A stretch of 64,000 bases of DNA from Cetorhinus maximus (taxonomy: Eukaryota), in contig NC_135900.1 of NCBI RefSeq assembly GCF_964194155.1, forward strand, positions 49,042,001-49,106,000, written 5' to 3'. Both the position numbers and the translations under genes were made by a program. A model generated the notes under the pieces. That model had not been told where the DNA came from and did no database searches. It was given only the letters and a program-made list of their open reading frames with translations. Each line of letters begins with the position of its first letter. Positions within the stretch are counted from its first letter, which is position 1. Of the stretch, positions 51,125-64,000 are shown piece by piece.

Positions 51125-53045
51125 GTGAGGGGTGTAGATTGTAATAGGTCAATGCCAAGATGAACTGGAATTTAAGATATTTCAGGAAAAACTGTACCTG
51201 AACAGTGGGCTGCCTTCAAAGAAGAGATAATTCAGGCACAGTCAAGGTATATTCCCACAAAAGGGAAAAGTAAGGTAAACAAATCCAGTGCTCCCTGGAT
51301 GACAAAAATAAAGAAGAAAAAGTGTACTTTTGACAAATGTCAGGTGGATAATACAATGGAGAACCAGGCTGAATTTGAAGGTTCAGAGGAGAATTGAAAA
51401 AGCAAATAAGAGAAACAAAGAGAGAATATGAAGAGAGACTGGCAGCCAATATAAAAACAATCCCAAAGTCTTCTGTAGGCATAGAAATGGTAAAAGAATG
51501 GTAAAAGGAGGAAGAGAGCTGATTAGAAACCAAAAAGGGGATTTACATATGGAGGTATGGGGCATGGCTGAGGTATTAAAAGAATAATTTGCATCTGTCT
51601 CTACCAAAGAAGGTGATGTTGTGGGAAGTGAGAGTGGAAATTGCAGAGGCACTGCAATTTATTTTCCATGCTTCCTTAGACTCTGGGGTGGTACCAGAGG
51701 ATTGGAGAATTGCTAACATTACACCCTTGTTCAATAAAAGGGTGTAAAGATGAGCCCAGCAACTACAAGTCAGTCAGTTTAACCTTGGTGATGGGGAAAC
51801 ATGAAAAAGCAATAATCTGAACAAAATTAAGTCACTTGGGCAAATTCAGGTTAATTAAGGAAAGTCAGCACAGATTTGTTAAGAGAAAATTATGTTTAAT
51901 TAACTTGGAGTTTTTTGACAATGGCAATGCTGTTGATGTGGTGTACATGGATTTCCAAAAGGCATAACATTACCACACAACAGACTTGTGAAAAAAGTTA
52001 TAGCTCATGGAATAAAAAGGACAGTAGCAAAGTAGATATGAAATTGGCTGAGTGACAGGAAACAGAATAGTGGTTAATGGATGTTTTCCAGGCTGGAGGA
52101 AGGTTTGTAGTGGACTTCCCCAGGGGTCAGTATTATGACCGGGCACAATTTCAAAATTTGCAGATGATACAAAACTTGGAAGCATTGTAAACTGTAAGGA
52201 TAATAGTGTAGAAGTTCAAAAGAACATGGACAAGTTGGTGGAATGGGTGGACAAGTAACAGATGAAGTTCAATGCAGAAAAATGTGAAGGTAGGAAGAAT
52301 ATGGAGAGACAATATAAAAAAAAGAGTACAACTCTAAAGGGGGTGCAGGAGCAGAAGGTCCTGGGTGTATATGTACATAAAAGTCATTTAAGATGGCGTG
52401 ACAGGTTGAGAGAATGGTTAATACTGCACCCTAAGCTTTATTAATGGGGCATTAAATACAAGAGTGAAGTTATGTTGAATTTGTATAAGACACTAGTTCT
52501 GTCTCAGCTGGAGTATTGGGTCCAGTTCTGGGTACCATAGTTTAGGAAAGATGTGAAGAGATTGGAGAGACTGTGGAAAAGATTCAGAAGAATGATTCCA
52601 GGGATGAGGAACTTCAGATAGGTAGATAGATTGGAGAAGTTGGATGTTTTGCTTGAAGAGAAGATTGCGAGAAAATTTGAAGAGGTATTCAAAATCATGA
52701 GGGGTCTGGACAGAGTAGATAGAGAGAAATTGTTCCCACCGGTGAAAGGATGGCGAGGGAGAGGGCACGAGTTTAAAGTAATTGGCAGAAGAAGCAAAGG
52801 CAACAAGAGGCAAACGTTTACATGCAGCCAAAGGTTGAGTTCTGGAATGCACTGCCTGAGGGTGTGGTGGAGGCAGGTTCAATCGAGGCATTCAAAAGAC
52901 TGTTATCTGAAAAGGAACAATGTGCAGGGTTACTGGGAGAAGACGGGAATCACACTAGGCACATTGCTCATTCGGAGAGCCGGTGCAGACACGATGGGCC
53001 GAATGGCCTCCTTCTGCACTGTAACAACGCTGTGATTCCATGATG
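51125..53045 (+). mobile_element. CR1 LINE, 5'-truncated with internal deletions
   Basis: RT remnants (VYMDFQKA, KFADDTKL, VFKIMRGLDRVDREKLFP); tail GGCCGAATGGCCTCCTTCTGCACTGT...GATTCCATGAT. Confidence 0.92.
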
Positions 53046-55289
53046 GCGTTCCTTCCTTGATTTTATAGGGAACCAATGTCCGGGAGATTAGATCCTATTG
53101 AGTTTGTTATACCGTGCTTGTATTACTCATCTGTCAGTACAGTATACATCCCAGGTGATCATTAGATTTAGTGCCATTGTGCATCCGGCAATTTCAGTGG
53201 GATTATTCAGTATCGTCCTTCTCAGAGAAGCCCATGAGAAATCACTTCGATATGTCTCCACGTCCTAAGGTGGCGCTGTCCTATTTAAGCCAGATCATAC
53301 AGGTAAGTGGATAAGTTATTCAAACATAAGACATTTGGAAATATAGTCATAATTTAAAATCCTGTCGATTCCTGGCCCTCGGTCTCTTCAGTTTCCTTGT
53401 GTAAAATTCTGTTTTACAGCCATTAGCTAATTAACTGCAAAGCCTCCGTTTAAAGTCAGGGAGGAGGCAGGCAGTTCATAGAGCAGAGTTAAAACCTTAA
53501 ATGCCGTATCTTCAAGGATCTGTTTATTTTTAAATTGGGCGTATTTCCAGAAAATATCATTCTCTTTAATTGACTTGTAACGGGTCAGAATGAAGGACAG
53601 TCTCTCCTTATAACCTGCACTATTTGGAAGCATTTTATTATAGAGATAGTGTGGAGCGCAGCTTGTTTTATCATGAAGGTCACCACGTTGTTCAATTTGC
53701 TGCTTTTCAAAGAGACAAACTAATTGCTGTATTTTGGCGTTATTTTAAGATTTTGTTATTTCAAGCATTTTAATTCAGTGTATTTGGCGCCGTTGGCAAA
53801 CCGCATCATTCCACAAAACACACCCAACGCAATTTGGAAAATGATTAAATGTGAGTTGCTCTTTTCTCCAACACCCATTCATCCTGTTTTACTGTAGGTC
53901 TGAGCGGATGTGGAGCTGGTTCTATTTCTAAGTATTAACCGCTTCATTTCTGAGAAAGTCGCCAAGAGACTACCTCGAGGAAAAATGCAACACATCGTTT
54001 TCATTTTAAAAAGCCTCTGGAGTAAATGAATCAAAATAACGACAAATACTCTTCTCGACCTTTTCCAGCACCATTATACCTTAAATTAATTGTGTAGCAT
54101 TCGAATATATTTTACCCATTTACTTCTCCAGAACTTTCGAACGCCCGCTCCCCAGTGCCTTTTGGATTTTCATGAAGCATTTAACATTAAACCATTTTTA
54201 AAATCCTTGCTGTATTTAAACTTAGAATTCCATACACGCTGTTAGATCACTGTCTTTTCTAAACGCGTGAAGAGGGACTCTCATAGCTCCCGAACGGAGA
54301 GGAAGAGGGGATCACTTCACTTGTAAGACTTCTGATTTCACCAAAACTTTTCCCTGTCGGTAGCAGGCTTTAACCCGGGAACGGGAATACCATCCTGAAC
54401 AGGTACAACATAGATCAGCCAATTTACCAATACAATGATAATGAATGGAGATTGAAAATCATGATCTACTATCTTCAGACCGCTTGCTGCCAAAGAATGG
54501 GAAGAGAGTATGAGCAACTGGAATTGAAGGAATATCCAAAGTTCCAGGTGAAAATCCTCTTCTAATTATTCCACACCCCAGATTTATGTAGAGTTGAGGC
54601 CAGAATGATTGACACTCATCAAGAGTTTGCAGGGAATAACAACATGTTTTTCAAGGGTTTTCAGGGAACTGATATGGTTTTGACATTTGGTAGTATGTTA
54701 AGCATGCTGTTGTATAGACAGAAACCAATGATTGAAAGCTCTTTTTCTTCCATTGGGTGGATGGTTAGATCAGCCAGAGAGCAAATATACAGCACTTTGC
54801 GGAACATTGAAATAAAACCAACAGTTATCAACTGGACTTTTAAACAATCAAGTTATGAGGGTAAACAATATTACATGTAAAATTGGAGCAGGTAATTAAG
54901 AACACATTTTCAGATGTCTCGGAAGAATCCTTGGGGCTGACCATTGACTTTGAAGATCCAGTTGGAAATATTCATTTTTCTCAACACTCAAGCCAGAATT
55001 GTGTTGATCATCAGAAAAATCATAGTTTTTTTAAGTTAAGCCTGCTGACATTGCTATTAATGATACAACGAGATTACATGACATTAGGAAACATGGCTAC
55101 TTCAGTTTATGGTCCTCTAAAAGTCAAGAGAATGTAAATGTAAACCCATTTTTTCTTTGTAATTGGTGTCGGATGAATTCTGGTAATAATGCTGAGTTTA
55201 CAATCTTGGGATTTGTGAATTGGGAGATATGAGAAGAGATTCACAGAACAGGACTTCTTACCATTGACTGTTTCACCCTCCTTGGCTAG

Positions 55290-55850
55290 TCACTCAACTT
55301 GAATCAGATTATACACACTTTCAGCATTATATTCTACTCATGAATCCCACATTCTACACACTACCAGAAATTCTTATTGTTAGCTCCAACATTGTTCACC
55401 TCTGCTTCTACCTTACCAACACTGCTACTAAAATTTTTATTGCTTTAATCTTGACTTCTCCTTTGGCTTTTTTGCTACCCTCCAAACAGTCATCTTCCAT
55501 AAGTACTAAACCATCCAAAACCTTACTGCCTGCATCCTGTGCTGTAATAAGTCTTATTTTCCCATCCTCACCATCCTACACCAGCTTGTCATCCCAGTAG
55601 ATTACATTTAAAATCGCTGTTTTTCATCTACAAATTTCTTCTTGCCCTCACCCACCCTACTTCTGCAAACTTAAACCAGCCTTACGTCTCCTCTTGCATC
55701 CTCTAGCCTCTGTACAATCTCCTCCTTACAATTCCCCTAACAGCCACTTGGTTCTACTCAGTGGATCTCTCTCCCGAACTCCTCTGCTCTTCCAAATGCA
55801 TCCTTTGACTAACTGTTAGGATGCTTCTTCATAAATCTTCCATAAACATT
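55290..55850 (+). mobile_element. Old L2 LINE RT C-terminal fragment
   Basis: Pyrimidine-rich sequence with CCATCCAAAAC...CTGCCTGCATCCT, CCCATCCTCACCATCCT and CATTTAAAAT blocks typical of L2. Confidence 0.55.
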
Positions 55851-56593
55851 GAGCATCTAAAACTTTTATTCAGCTGCAAAGTATTGTCAAAGTTCTCTTT
55901 CATTAAAGGCACTAGGTGTTAATTTTTGACTGTTATCAATGGTAAAAAAAGAGCATGGGGGGGTACAAAAATTCGTTTGAAGAGTCAATTGAGTAGAAAG
56001 GGGTTCAAAGAAGCAGAAATGGATCTCACAGAGGAAAGGAGCCTGGTGAGTCACAGCAAAGGAGAAAAAGACTGCTGGGTGCTGGGGGTAGAAAGCTACA
56101 AGAACATAGCTCATATACCATTTGGAGGGAGCTACCAGTAGCACAGAAATGCACACCAGTGTCAAAAAAGATACAATGACCTGAAGACAGCAGCCAAGTT
56201 AATACATCGGCCACATTGTGTTTTCTTCATTGGGCACCAGTGGCACTGATATTCCCTAAGTAAAATTAATAGCCCACAAATTATTAAATGTGATGTCAGT
56301 TGGAATCTGGGGAGTGTCTTCACATTGCTTCCCCTTTCTAACAGTATGTGTGTGTCGTGCTGTACTACCTAATATTGTGCTATTTCTTGGTGACTAACCA
56401 CAGATGACATTTTTATGCCTTTCATCAGAAGCCCTCACATGTGGTTAAGATATCCGCCATACTCGGCAACATTAAATAAGTGTTGTTAGGCCTGTTCCCC
56501 GGTATTTTGAACAGCTGGTCCATGCTTGGAAAGCAAATTTCTTTTACAATTTGGACCCAGGAGTTCAGGATCTTTGTCCTAATCGGCTTTGAA

Positions 56594-57490
56594 TAGATCA
56601 TAGAATCATAGCATGATACAGCATAGAAGGAAGCCATTTGGCTCATCATGCCTAATCCAGCTTTTTGGTAAATCTATCCAATTAGTCCCATTCCTTGCTC
56701 TTTGTCTATAGCCTGCAACTGTTTCCACTTTAAGTAATTATTGTGTTTTCTTTTGAAAGCTATTATTGAATCTATTTCCATCACCCTTTCAGGCAGCGCA
56801 TTACAGATCATAACGACTCACTGCGTAAAATTTGTTTTTCTCATTGTTGCCTCTGATTATTTGCCAATGAGTTTACATCTGTGAATGAAATTAAATGAAA
56901 GGTACCGTAGTCCCAGAGGACCATGGGCTGCTCTCTCATCAGAGAGAGATGACTAGTGGTGAGTTTAACCTGAGGGTCACCACACCTCAGGCAAAGGGTG
57001 AGGTTAAGAAGGCGGGGACTTTGTGGACCTCAGCTGATACTGGAATTGAACCTGTGCTGTTGGCATCACTCTTTGTGTCCTCTGGTTAACAACCCTTCTG
57101 CCACTGAACACAGTTTCTCCTTATTTACCATATCAGAACCCTTCATAATTTTGAACACTTCTAGCAAATTTCCTTGACCTTCTCTACGCTAAGAAGAACA
57201 ATCCCAATTTCACTGGCCTGTTCATGTAACTGACGTCTTTCATCCAGCATACAATCAAACTAAATCTCCTGTGTTCCTTTTCTAAATCCTTGACATCCTT
57301 CCTGAAATGTGGTGTCCAGTATTGGCAACAGTACTCCCTAACCATTGTTTTATAAAGGCTTAGAACAACTTTCTTGCTTTTTGTACTATATGCCTCTATT
57401 TAGAAAGCCATGGACTCCTTATGCTTTTTTAACCATCTGCTCAACTTGTCCCGCCGTGTTCAAAGAGTTGTGTACATACACCTTCTTTAA
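56594..57490 (-). mobile_element. CR1 3' fragment interrupted by a SINE
   Basis: (ATCATAGA)n tail at 56597; colinear with the other minus-strand CR1 ends. Confidence 0.85.
56884..57073 (-). mobile_element. tRNA-derived SINE (5'-truncated) inside CR1
   Basis: B-box complement GGAATTGAACC; CCTGAGG...CCTCAGG hairpin; (AATGAA)n tail; TGTG repeated at both junctions. Confidence 0.7.
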
Positions 57491-57786
57491 AATTATATAG
57501 ATGTGAGATAACGAGATAATTTCAGCTTCTCCTCTACCATCTCCACTTCCACACTTGCGCTCTATGGTTCACTCAATGTACTACCTTCAAACTCACTTGG
57601 AAATTCTCCCAGCGTGGATGTATCTGTGCTTCTGCTAGTCAGAGTGAAATTGAAAGGCTGAATGTGGTGTGAAGTACATAGTTGCTCCTGATCAATGATT
57701 CCTCACTCAACAATTTCTGACAACCCTTCAGACTCAGAGAATACGTATAACCAGTAAGACCCCATTACAATTTGGTGCCATGTAAC

Positions 57787-58059
57787 AAGGGTTAGATTAA
57801 CGGTCTGATCTATGGAACTCCAATCCAATAGTACTCACTATACACCGAAAAACTGCAGACAACCGCTGTATCAGTTTCTTTGAATCAAGTATGATTATTA
57901 ATACAGTGTGTATGCATTGCACAGGTCAATTTCTTCAAGAATTTTACTACATGTTTGTATTCTAATGAATGGGAGGCAGGTGCTAAGTGGTGACTGAGTA
58001 TGAAAGAGCCCCAAATATTCTTAAAGTCCAGGACCCCAAAATTCTTAATCCAGGCCCTT
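57787..58059. mobile_element. Possible ancient hAT-like MITE
   Basis: AAGGGTTAGATTAA ... TTAATCCAGGCCCTT imperfect TIRs; duplicated CCCCAAA(T)ATTCTTAA subterminal motif. Confidence 0.3.
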
Positions 58060-59224
58060 CATTGAATTCAAACTTTGATATCAGCATGTGCATTATTGCA
58101 TAACACGAACAATAAAGGAATGATAAGTGCTACATAGATCTTGAGCTGAGGCCAAGTCTCCAGCATCCTCAATTTAGCTCAGACAAAAGTTCCATTGGCC
58201 TGCCGTTAATGTTGTCAGCTGTCCCTTGATTTAAGGATGACAGCTACTCAGGGTCATGAGTTTCTGCCATGGGTCTTCATGTGACTGAACAGGCCGATTC
58301 TCGATGGACAAATCTTTGGGCAGGACGTCCCACAAGGTAGTGGGACCCGGAGTGCAGGATTTGCTTCCTTTTTTTCCTTCTCTGCCATCTCTCTGCCTCA
58401 TCATTAAGACGTTTAGATTCAAAGCATGATGCAGCTGGATGGACAAGTTGTTGCCATTTTGAATGATTGGTAGCAAGCTCCTTCCAGTCATTAATATCAA
58501 TGCTGCTGCACTTCAAGGAGAGCTTCAGAGTGTTTTAAACATAGAAACATAGAAACTAGGAGCAGGAGTAGGTCATTCGGCCCTTTGAGCCTGCTCCACC
58601 ATTCAATATGATCATGGCTGATCCTCTATCTCAATGCCGCTTTCTCTCCATACCCCTTGATTCCCCTAATATCCAAAAATTTATCAATTCCTTTCTTGAA
58701 TATACTCAGTGACCTGGCCTTCACAGCCTTTTGTGGCAGAGAATTTCATAGGTTGACCATTCTGTGAGTGAAGAAATTTTTCCTCATCTCAGTCCTAAAT
58801 GGCCTGCCCCGTATCCTGAGACTGTGGCCCTTGGTTCTAGACTCCCAGGGGAAACATTCTCCCTGTATCCAGTCTGTCTAGCCCTGTTAGAATTTTATAT
58901 GTTTCAATCAGATCCCCCCTCATTCTTCTAAACTCTAGTGAATACAGGCCCAGTCGAACCAATCTCTCCTCATACAACAGTCCTGCCGTCCCCGGTATCA
59001 GCCCACTGGACCTTCACTGCACTCTCTCTATAGCAAGTATTGTCATGAAACTATTAATGTGTATAATATTTTGGAAAATATTTTCCATTTAAAATAGAGG
59101 TTTAGCCTGTGGGTATGTCTTAATTGGATTAAAGCCACCTAGTCTTGATGCTTTGATGGGTACTAGTTTTTGATATGTAAGGGAGGTAGTATGCATTTGC
59201 ATTTTTTTGAATAGAGCATTCAAG

Positions 59225-59897
59225 GGGCTGGATTTTGCCATCGGCGAGCAGGGGGCGGGGCCCACTCGCCGACGGCAAAATGACACGGGATGACGTCGGG
59301 GGTTCCCCCCAATGTCATCCCGCCCCATTTAAATTTTCAGGAAGGCGGGGGCACAGCGAGATCAGCTGCAGGCCTGCCGACCTGTCAATGGCCAATTGAG
59401 GCCATTGACAGGATCATTAAGCCAATTAAAGGCCCTGCCCGTCCAACCTTAAGGTTGGCGGGCAGGCCAGGAGCCCCAGCGGGATGAGGTTTCATTTAGG
59501 GTTTAAAAAAGTTTATTAAAGTTTCAGTGAAATTTATTAACATGTCCCGTCTTGTGTGACATTGTCACATGAAGGGGACATGTTAAGGATTTTATTATTT
59601 TTCTATTTTTAAAGTTTATAAAGCTGTCAGTGATCTCCCTGAGGCAGCACTTAGCCTCAGGGAGATGTGTGCTCTTACGTGCGCATGCGCGAAAGAGCGC
59701 ACTCTCGCATTTGGGGAATTCTCCCCGGCCCGCACAGGACGCACATGGCGCTTCCCGGCGGACGTCACGCTGGGCAGGCCTTAATTGGCCCGCCCACTTA
59801 AAATGGCGGCGGGGCCTGCTTCTCCGGCGGGGATCGGCTCCCCGTCCGCTGGAGATTGGTTCGGACCTGCCCACCCGACAGGCAGAAAATTCTGCCC
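59225..59897. mobile_element. PIF/Harbinger-like MITE, copy 1
   Basis: TIRs GGGCTGGATTTT / AAAATTCTGCCC; 3-bp TSD AAG; CpG-rich (young); internal palindromes. Confidence 0.85.
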
Positions 59898-60018
59898 AAG
59901 GAGCGGGGTGAAAACTTGATGCCTTTCTAACAGCTATCAAGCAATATGTTTGTATTACTAATAAAATTGGTACAATGAATGGGTTTCATTGTTAAAAGGT
60001 AAAGTTCAAAGGGACAAT

Positions 60019-60692
60019 GGGCAGGATCATCCTGCTGGCGAGCGGGGGTTGGGGCCCACTCATCGACACATAAAATAAACTCCGACATCACCCCACGCCA
60101 TTTCAATTTTCAGGTTGGCGGGGGCACAGCCAAGTCAGCTGCGCACCCGCCGACCTGTCAACGGCCTTTTGATACCATTGATAAACTAATTAAGGTAATT
60201 AATGGGCCTGCCCATCCGACCTTAATGTTGGCGGGCAGGCCAGGAGCCCTGGCGGGCTTTGGAAAAAGCATGAAACCTCATCCACGGGCAGAATGGGGTT
60301 TCATAAGGGTATTTAAATTTTTATCAAATCTTTCAATAAAAGTTATGGACATGTCTCAACTCATGTGACAGTGTCACATGAGGAGACGTCAAGGAAACTT
60401 TGTAATCATTTCTGTTAAAAATTTTAATTCCGAGCCGATCTCCCTGAGGCAGCACTTAGCCTCAGGGAGATCTGTGCACTCTTTTGCATGCATGTACAAA
60501 ACAGCACACTCCTGGCTCAGGGAATCCCCCCCTAGCCCGCACAGGGAGCGCATAGCACTTCCTGGCGGATGTCACGCTGGGCAGGCCTTAATTGGCCTGC
60601 CCATGTAAAATAGCAGCGCGCCCCCAATCGGGGGCAAGACCGCCTGCGCCCGATCCTGCACTTCGCCCCCCAACAGGAGGAAAATTTTTCCC
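60019..60692. mobile_element. PIF/Harbinger-like MITE, copy 2
   Basis: GGGCAGGAT... / AAAATTTTTCCC ends; 3-bp TSD AAT; colinear with copy 1. Confidence 0.85.
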
Positions 60693-63384
60693 AATGAGAA
60701 TTTGAATTCAATGGAGGTGGTAGGTATAACTTCAGCAGTTTTTGGGTGTGCAGAGCAGAGGCAATGTAAGATCAAAAGGCAGCTGCAAGCCTCCAACTGG
60801 TTCCACAGTGAAAATAACCTCATTTTGAATTCGTAAGGTGAAAATGCTTTGTCTGGTATTTGGTTAAGTCTATCAGTTGCTATTGCCTTAATGGAGATTA
60901 GTTTGGGAATTTGTTAAAAGTTATGATATTAGCAATTTGTAGCCATGTATATATAGTTTAAGCTGTGTAAATTAATGAAGTGTTTCCATTAGTTCAATGT
61001 AAAGCCTCAAGAACTAGCCTGATTCCTGAATTTAGAGCCGCATCTCAAACATAACACTTAAAATATAGGTTATGACAGTTGTTTAAAGTTCCTCTCTGGG
61101 ATTTTTAAATAACTCTGCTTTATCAACTGCAACATTCATAACAGGTATATCCTTGAGACCAAAACTGCACGCAATATTCCAGGAGTGGTCTCACCAAGGC
61201 CCTGTATGACTGCAGTAAGACATCCCTACTTCTGAACTCAAATCCTCTTGCAATGAAGGCCAGCATACGATTTGCCTTCCTAATTACTTGCTGCACTTGC
61301 CCATTTACTTTCATTGACTGGTGTACAAGGACACCCAGATCCCGTTGTACATCTTTGTTTTCTTCGTCCTCTCCTGGAAATCTGGCCATCTGAGAGTTGA
61401 GGAAACACATCCTGGCAGGGGAGGTGCTTTTCGGCCATCCAGACACAATGTCTAGTCTATCAAAGTTGATTTTGTTGAAGTTATGCCTAAATGATTGTGG
61501 AACTGCTTTCAAGAAGGACACTAGCACTTGTTCAATGGGCCTCCCATTGAATCCGGAGGATGTAGCGAAGGCATGGCTGATGGAATTTTTCTGACGATCT
61601 TATGTGTTGCTGATACGCAGCCCAGGTATAGGAATACAGTACAGGAGTGTGGTGACAACACCTGCTTTGTACACTAGGACTTCTGTTGACATGCGGCGAT
61701 CTTTGCTGTCAAACAATCGCTGCTGTAGTTTGTAGAAGGTTGAGCTGGCGCAGATGGTCCAGTGTTGGATCTCCCTGTCAATAGTGGCCTTTTGAGAAAG
61801 GTGGCTGCCAAGGTATGGGAAGTGCTTAATATATTCCAAAGTCTCTCCTTCAACATATGTGGTAGTGGAATATTTGGCTGACCAATTGTGGGTTAAAATA
61901 TGAGTTTTGTTCTGGCAACATTCAAGGACAGGCCAAGTTTCTTATATGCAGAATTGAAGAATTGAGTGGCTTGCAAATCTGATGCAGAGTGTGCAATGAC
62001 ACTGCAGTCATCCATAAACTGTGTATGTCTATGTGGTCAATTTAGTTTTGTCATGGAGGTGATTGAAGTTAAAGAGTTTACCATCTCGGGGACATTTAAT
62101 ACTCACATCAGAGCACAGTTGATCTTTGATGAGTTGATAGGTACTGTCAGGCAGATTGTAAATAGAATGGGGGCTATCACACAGCCTTGCTTGACACCAG
62201 TCCAGCTTCCATCAGCACACCTGGCTTATTTATCATCTGCTTCCTCACCCATCACACAGAACTAGACATGCAGGGACTGATTCATCCACCTCGGTCTGCT
62301 TCCTGAATGTTTTCACTCCTTGCACCCTTTCCTCAGTCTCATTCTCATTGGCAGCAGTATTCCTGTCCACAGCATCAACAATTCCTATGCTAGTCAAGAT
62401 TTCAGGACTTCCCTTATCAACACTGACAATGGCTTCAGAAGTTGTGTCTGCTGGCAGTTGAGTCAAGAGCTTGGCAATGTTGGTTGCTGTTGAGTTGATC
62501 ATTGGTGTCTATGTGAGACCCATATCTGTGTCAAATGCAGCCGCTTACTCTGCTAGTGGGATGAATTTACTGTGTTGATAGTAAATAGCAATATTCTGCT
62601 TTCAGATACAGACAATTGTTGAGAGCCCAGTTTGTTGACTCTCAAGGTGACTTCGCTTGTTGCCTTACTTTAGTGAAAGCGATGTAGCCCACCCCCAAAA
62701 GAAATTCATCACTCAGAGTAACAGTACCATAAAAACAAGGGGCCATAGGTGAGGTGGTTTGGTGGGGATGATGGTTGTGGCGGGGTTTGGGGGGGGTGTG
62801 CGTGGTAAATTCTCATTCACCAGTAGCTTTCCCCCCTGGTTCTGCATATCCCCTCTACCAAAACCACCAGAACAATTAACTGCTTAGTCTTTTTGCCAAT
62901 TTCAGCATTTTTCATTCATACAAGCTACATTGATTGGATAGAGCTTGTTCAAAAGGCCAGTTCCATCAGCATTAAATTAAAGTCTTTGACTTTGAGTGAG
63001 GTCTATTTCAAGAATTTTATCAAACACCTAATTGTTGACACCTTTGTGTTAACATCAGTTACTTCCCCAGACATGGAACAGCAGAATCTTTGAAGCACTG
63101 ATTTAGATGCAGAAACAGGGTCGGAAATTAATTCTTTGCTGAATCCATTTATTTGCCTGTTGCAGAAATTTTATATTGAATAGTCCAAGAGGTTTAGCTG
63201 CTCTGGCTTCTTTGAATTAGATTGAATTCAAATTAAATGGAACATTTCATGGGTCAGAACATATTTAGGGTGTAAATTTAAATTCAATTTCAAATTAGCT
63301 ATTAGTCGAATGAAAATGTTCAAATTAAGCAACACATCTTGAATATATTTTCAGTTTAAGTGCACAATTTCAATTCAAAATAAT

Positions 63385-63840
63385 TGATAATTTGAATATG
63401 CTTCTTAATCCTCTGTCTTAGTGAAAAAGCTCCAATTTTTTGATATTATTCCCAGTATCCTAGAGATTTTTTACTGTACTGGCTCCATGGCACCAGCAAC
63501 CTTCCTATGCTACACACAATAATTCAACCACAATGTAACCAATATCTTGCCTAAATTTATCATTATTTTTGTATTTAATATCCATACATAAAACCAAGAA
63601 TTCTTTTGCGCTTTGATGACTTTTTCTGCCTGCTCTTTGATCTTTAAAGACTTACATATCTCTGTACCTGTACTCTGTTAAGAATATTATATTTAGGACA
63701 CACTAGTTCAAATTTCTCTGCATGAAACTGCTTCCTCCACCATCCTGCTAATCTATTATGTAATCCTGGAATCATTCTCACAATTGGTCATGTCTGTAAA
63801 TGTATTGGTCCAGATTTTGATGTGAGCAGTGAAGGAAAGT
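63385..63840 (-). mobile_element. Highly diverged CR1 fragment
   Basis: Residual blocks (GAAAAAGCTCCAATTTT, CTTCCTATG...CACAATAATTCAAC, GGTCCAGATTTTGATG) colinear with minus-strand CR1. Confidence 0.5.
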
Positions 63841-64000
63841 CGTTCACGGTTTACCTCCTGTACAGTTGCCCACAGACATTTTGCGGGCGCATCAGAGATT
63901 TCCAATTATCAAGCATCTTTGAATTTGGTGCCCTCTACAGGAGATGTGCAAGGTCTGTGTTTTCAACAACTGAATTTGCAGAAATCCCCACTGAGACACG

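Larger units (their letters stand above)
59041..61143 (+). mobile_element. Solo LTR related to the Gmr1-type LTRs, containing two MITEs
   Basis: TGTCATGAAA...CATAACA ends and internal blocks (GCATCTCAAA, TTAATTGGATTA, AAAGTTCAAAG) match the reverse complement of 15526-16432. Flanks AGTAT/GGTAT. Confidence 0.8.
58537..61352 (-). mobile_element. CR1 3' fragment (58537-59040 + 61144-61352), split by a solo LTR
   Basis: (AAACATAG)n tail. GCAAGTAT|...|GTATATCC continuity across the LTR. VQRDLGVLVHQSMK...CVQFWS. Confidence 0.92.
58228..62205 (-). mobile_element. RTE LINE 3' portion (58228-58535 + 61352-62205), split by nested insertions
   Basis: EYIKHFPYLGSHLSQKATID...LVYKAGVVTTLLY. The C-terminal ...KCSSIDINDWKELATNHSKWQQLV continues on the other side of the CR1. 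Confidence 0.88.

Noticed and set aside
54605-55137. Two consecutive plus-strand ORFs (91 and 84 aa)
   Set aside because: No recognisable homology or motifs; length is within chance expectation.
62245-62502. 85-aa ORF next to the RTE fragment
   Set aside because: No recognisable domain or exon boundaries; probably TE-derived or a chance ORF.
63180-63400. Recurring TTCAAATTA-like motifs suggesting an array
   Set aside because: Irregular spacing in AT-rich sequence; no CRISPR-like or tandem periodicity.

Overview
Vertebrate genomic DNA, most likely a cartilaginous fish (shark/ray). This is inferred from the repeat content: esterase-bearing CR1 LINEs with (CATAGAA)n-type tails, SacSINE1/Deu-domain SINEs, Gmr1-type Gypsy and Penelope-like elements. 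Most of the window is decayed mobile DNA. It includes several CR1, L2 and RTE LINEs; two complete LTR retrotransposons with LTRs, PBS, PPT and TSD (a canonical Gypsy at 5509-10156 and a Gmr1-type Gypsy with integrase upstream of RT at 15526-22420); two Penelope-like insertions with inverted architecture and hammerhead-ribozyme motifs; PIF/Harbinger-like palindromic MITEs; and a four-level nested insertion at 58.2-62.2 kb. No intact host protein-coding exon was recognised. A TE-free, CpG-retaining region at about 43.6-49.8 kb looks like the promoter and long first exon of a minus-strand gene (donor at 46459). A candidate non-coding second exon lies at 4902-5066, so most of the window may be intron 1 of that gene. 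No prokaryotic-type system (CRISPR, operon) is present. Most of the ORF track is TE remnants or noise. All calls are by eye, and boundaries of old repeats are approximate.
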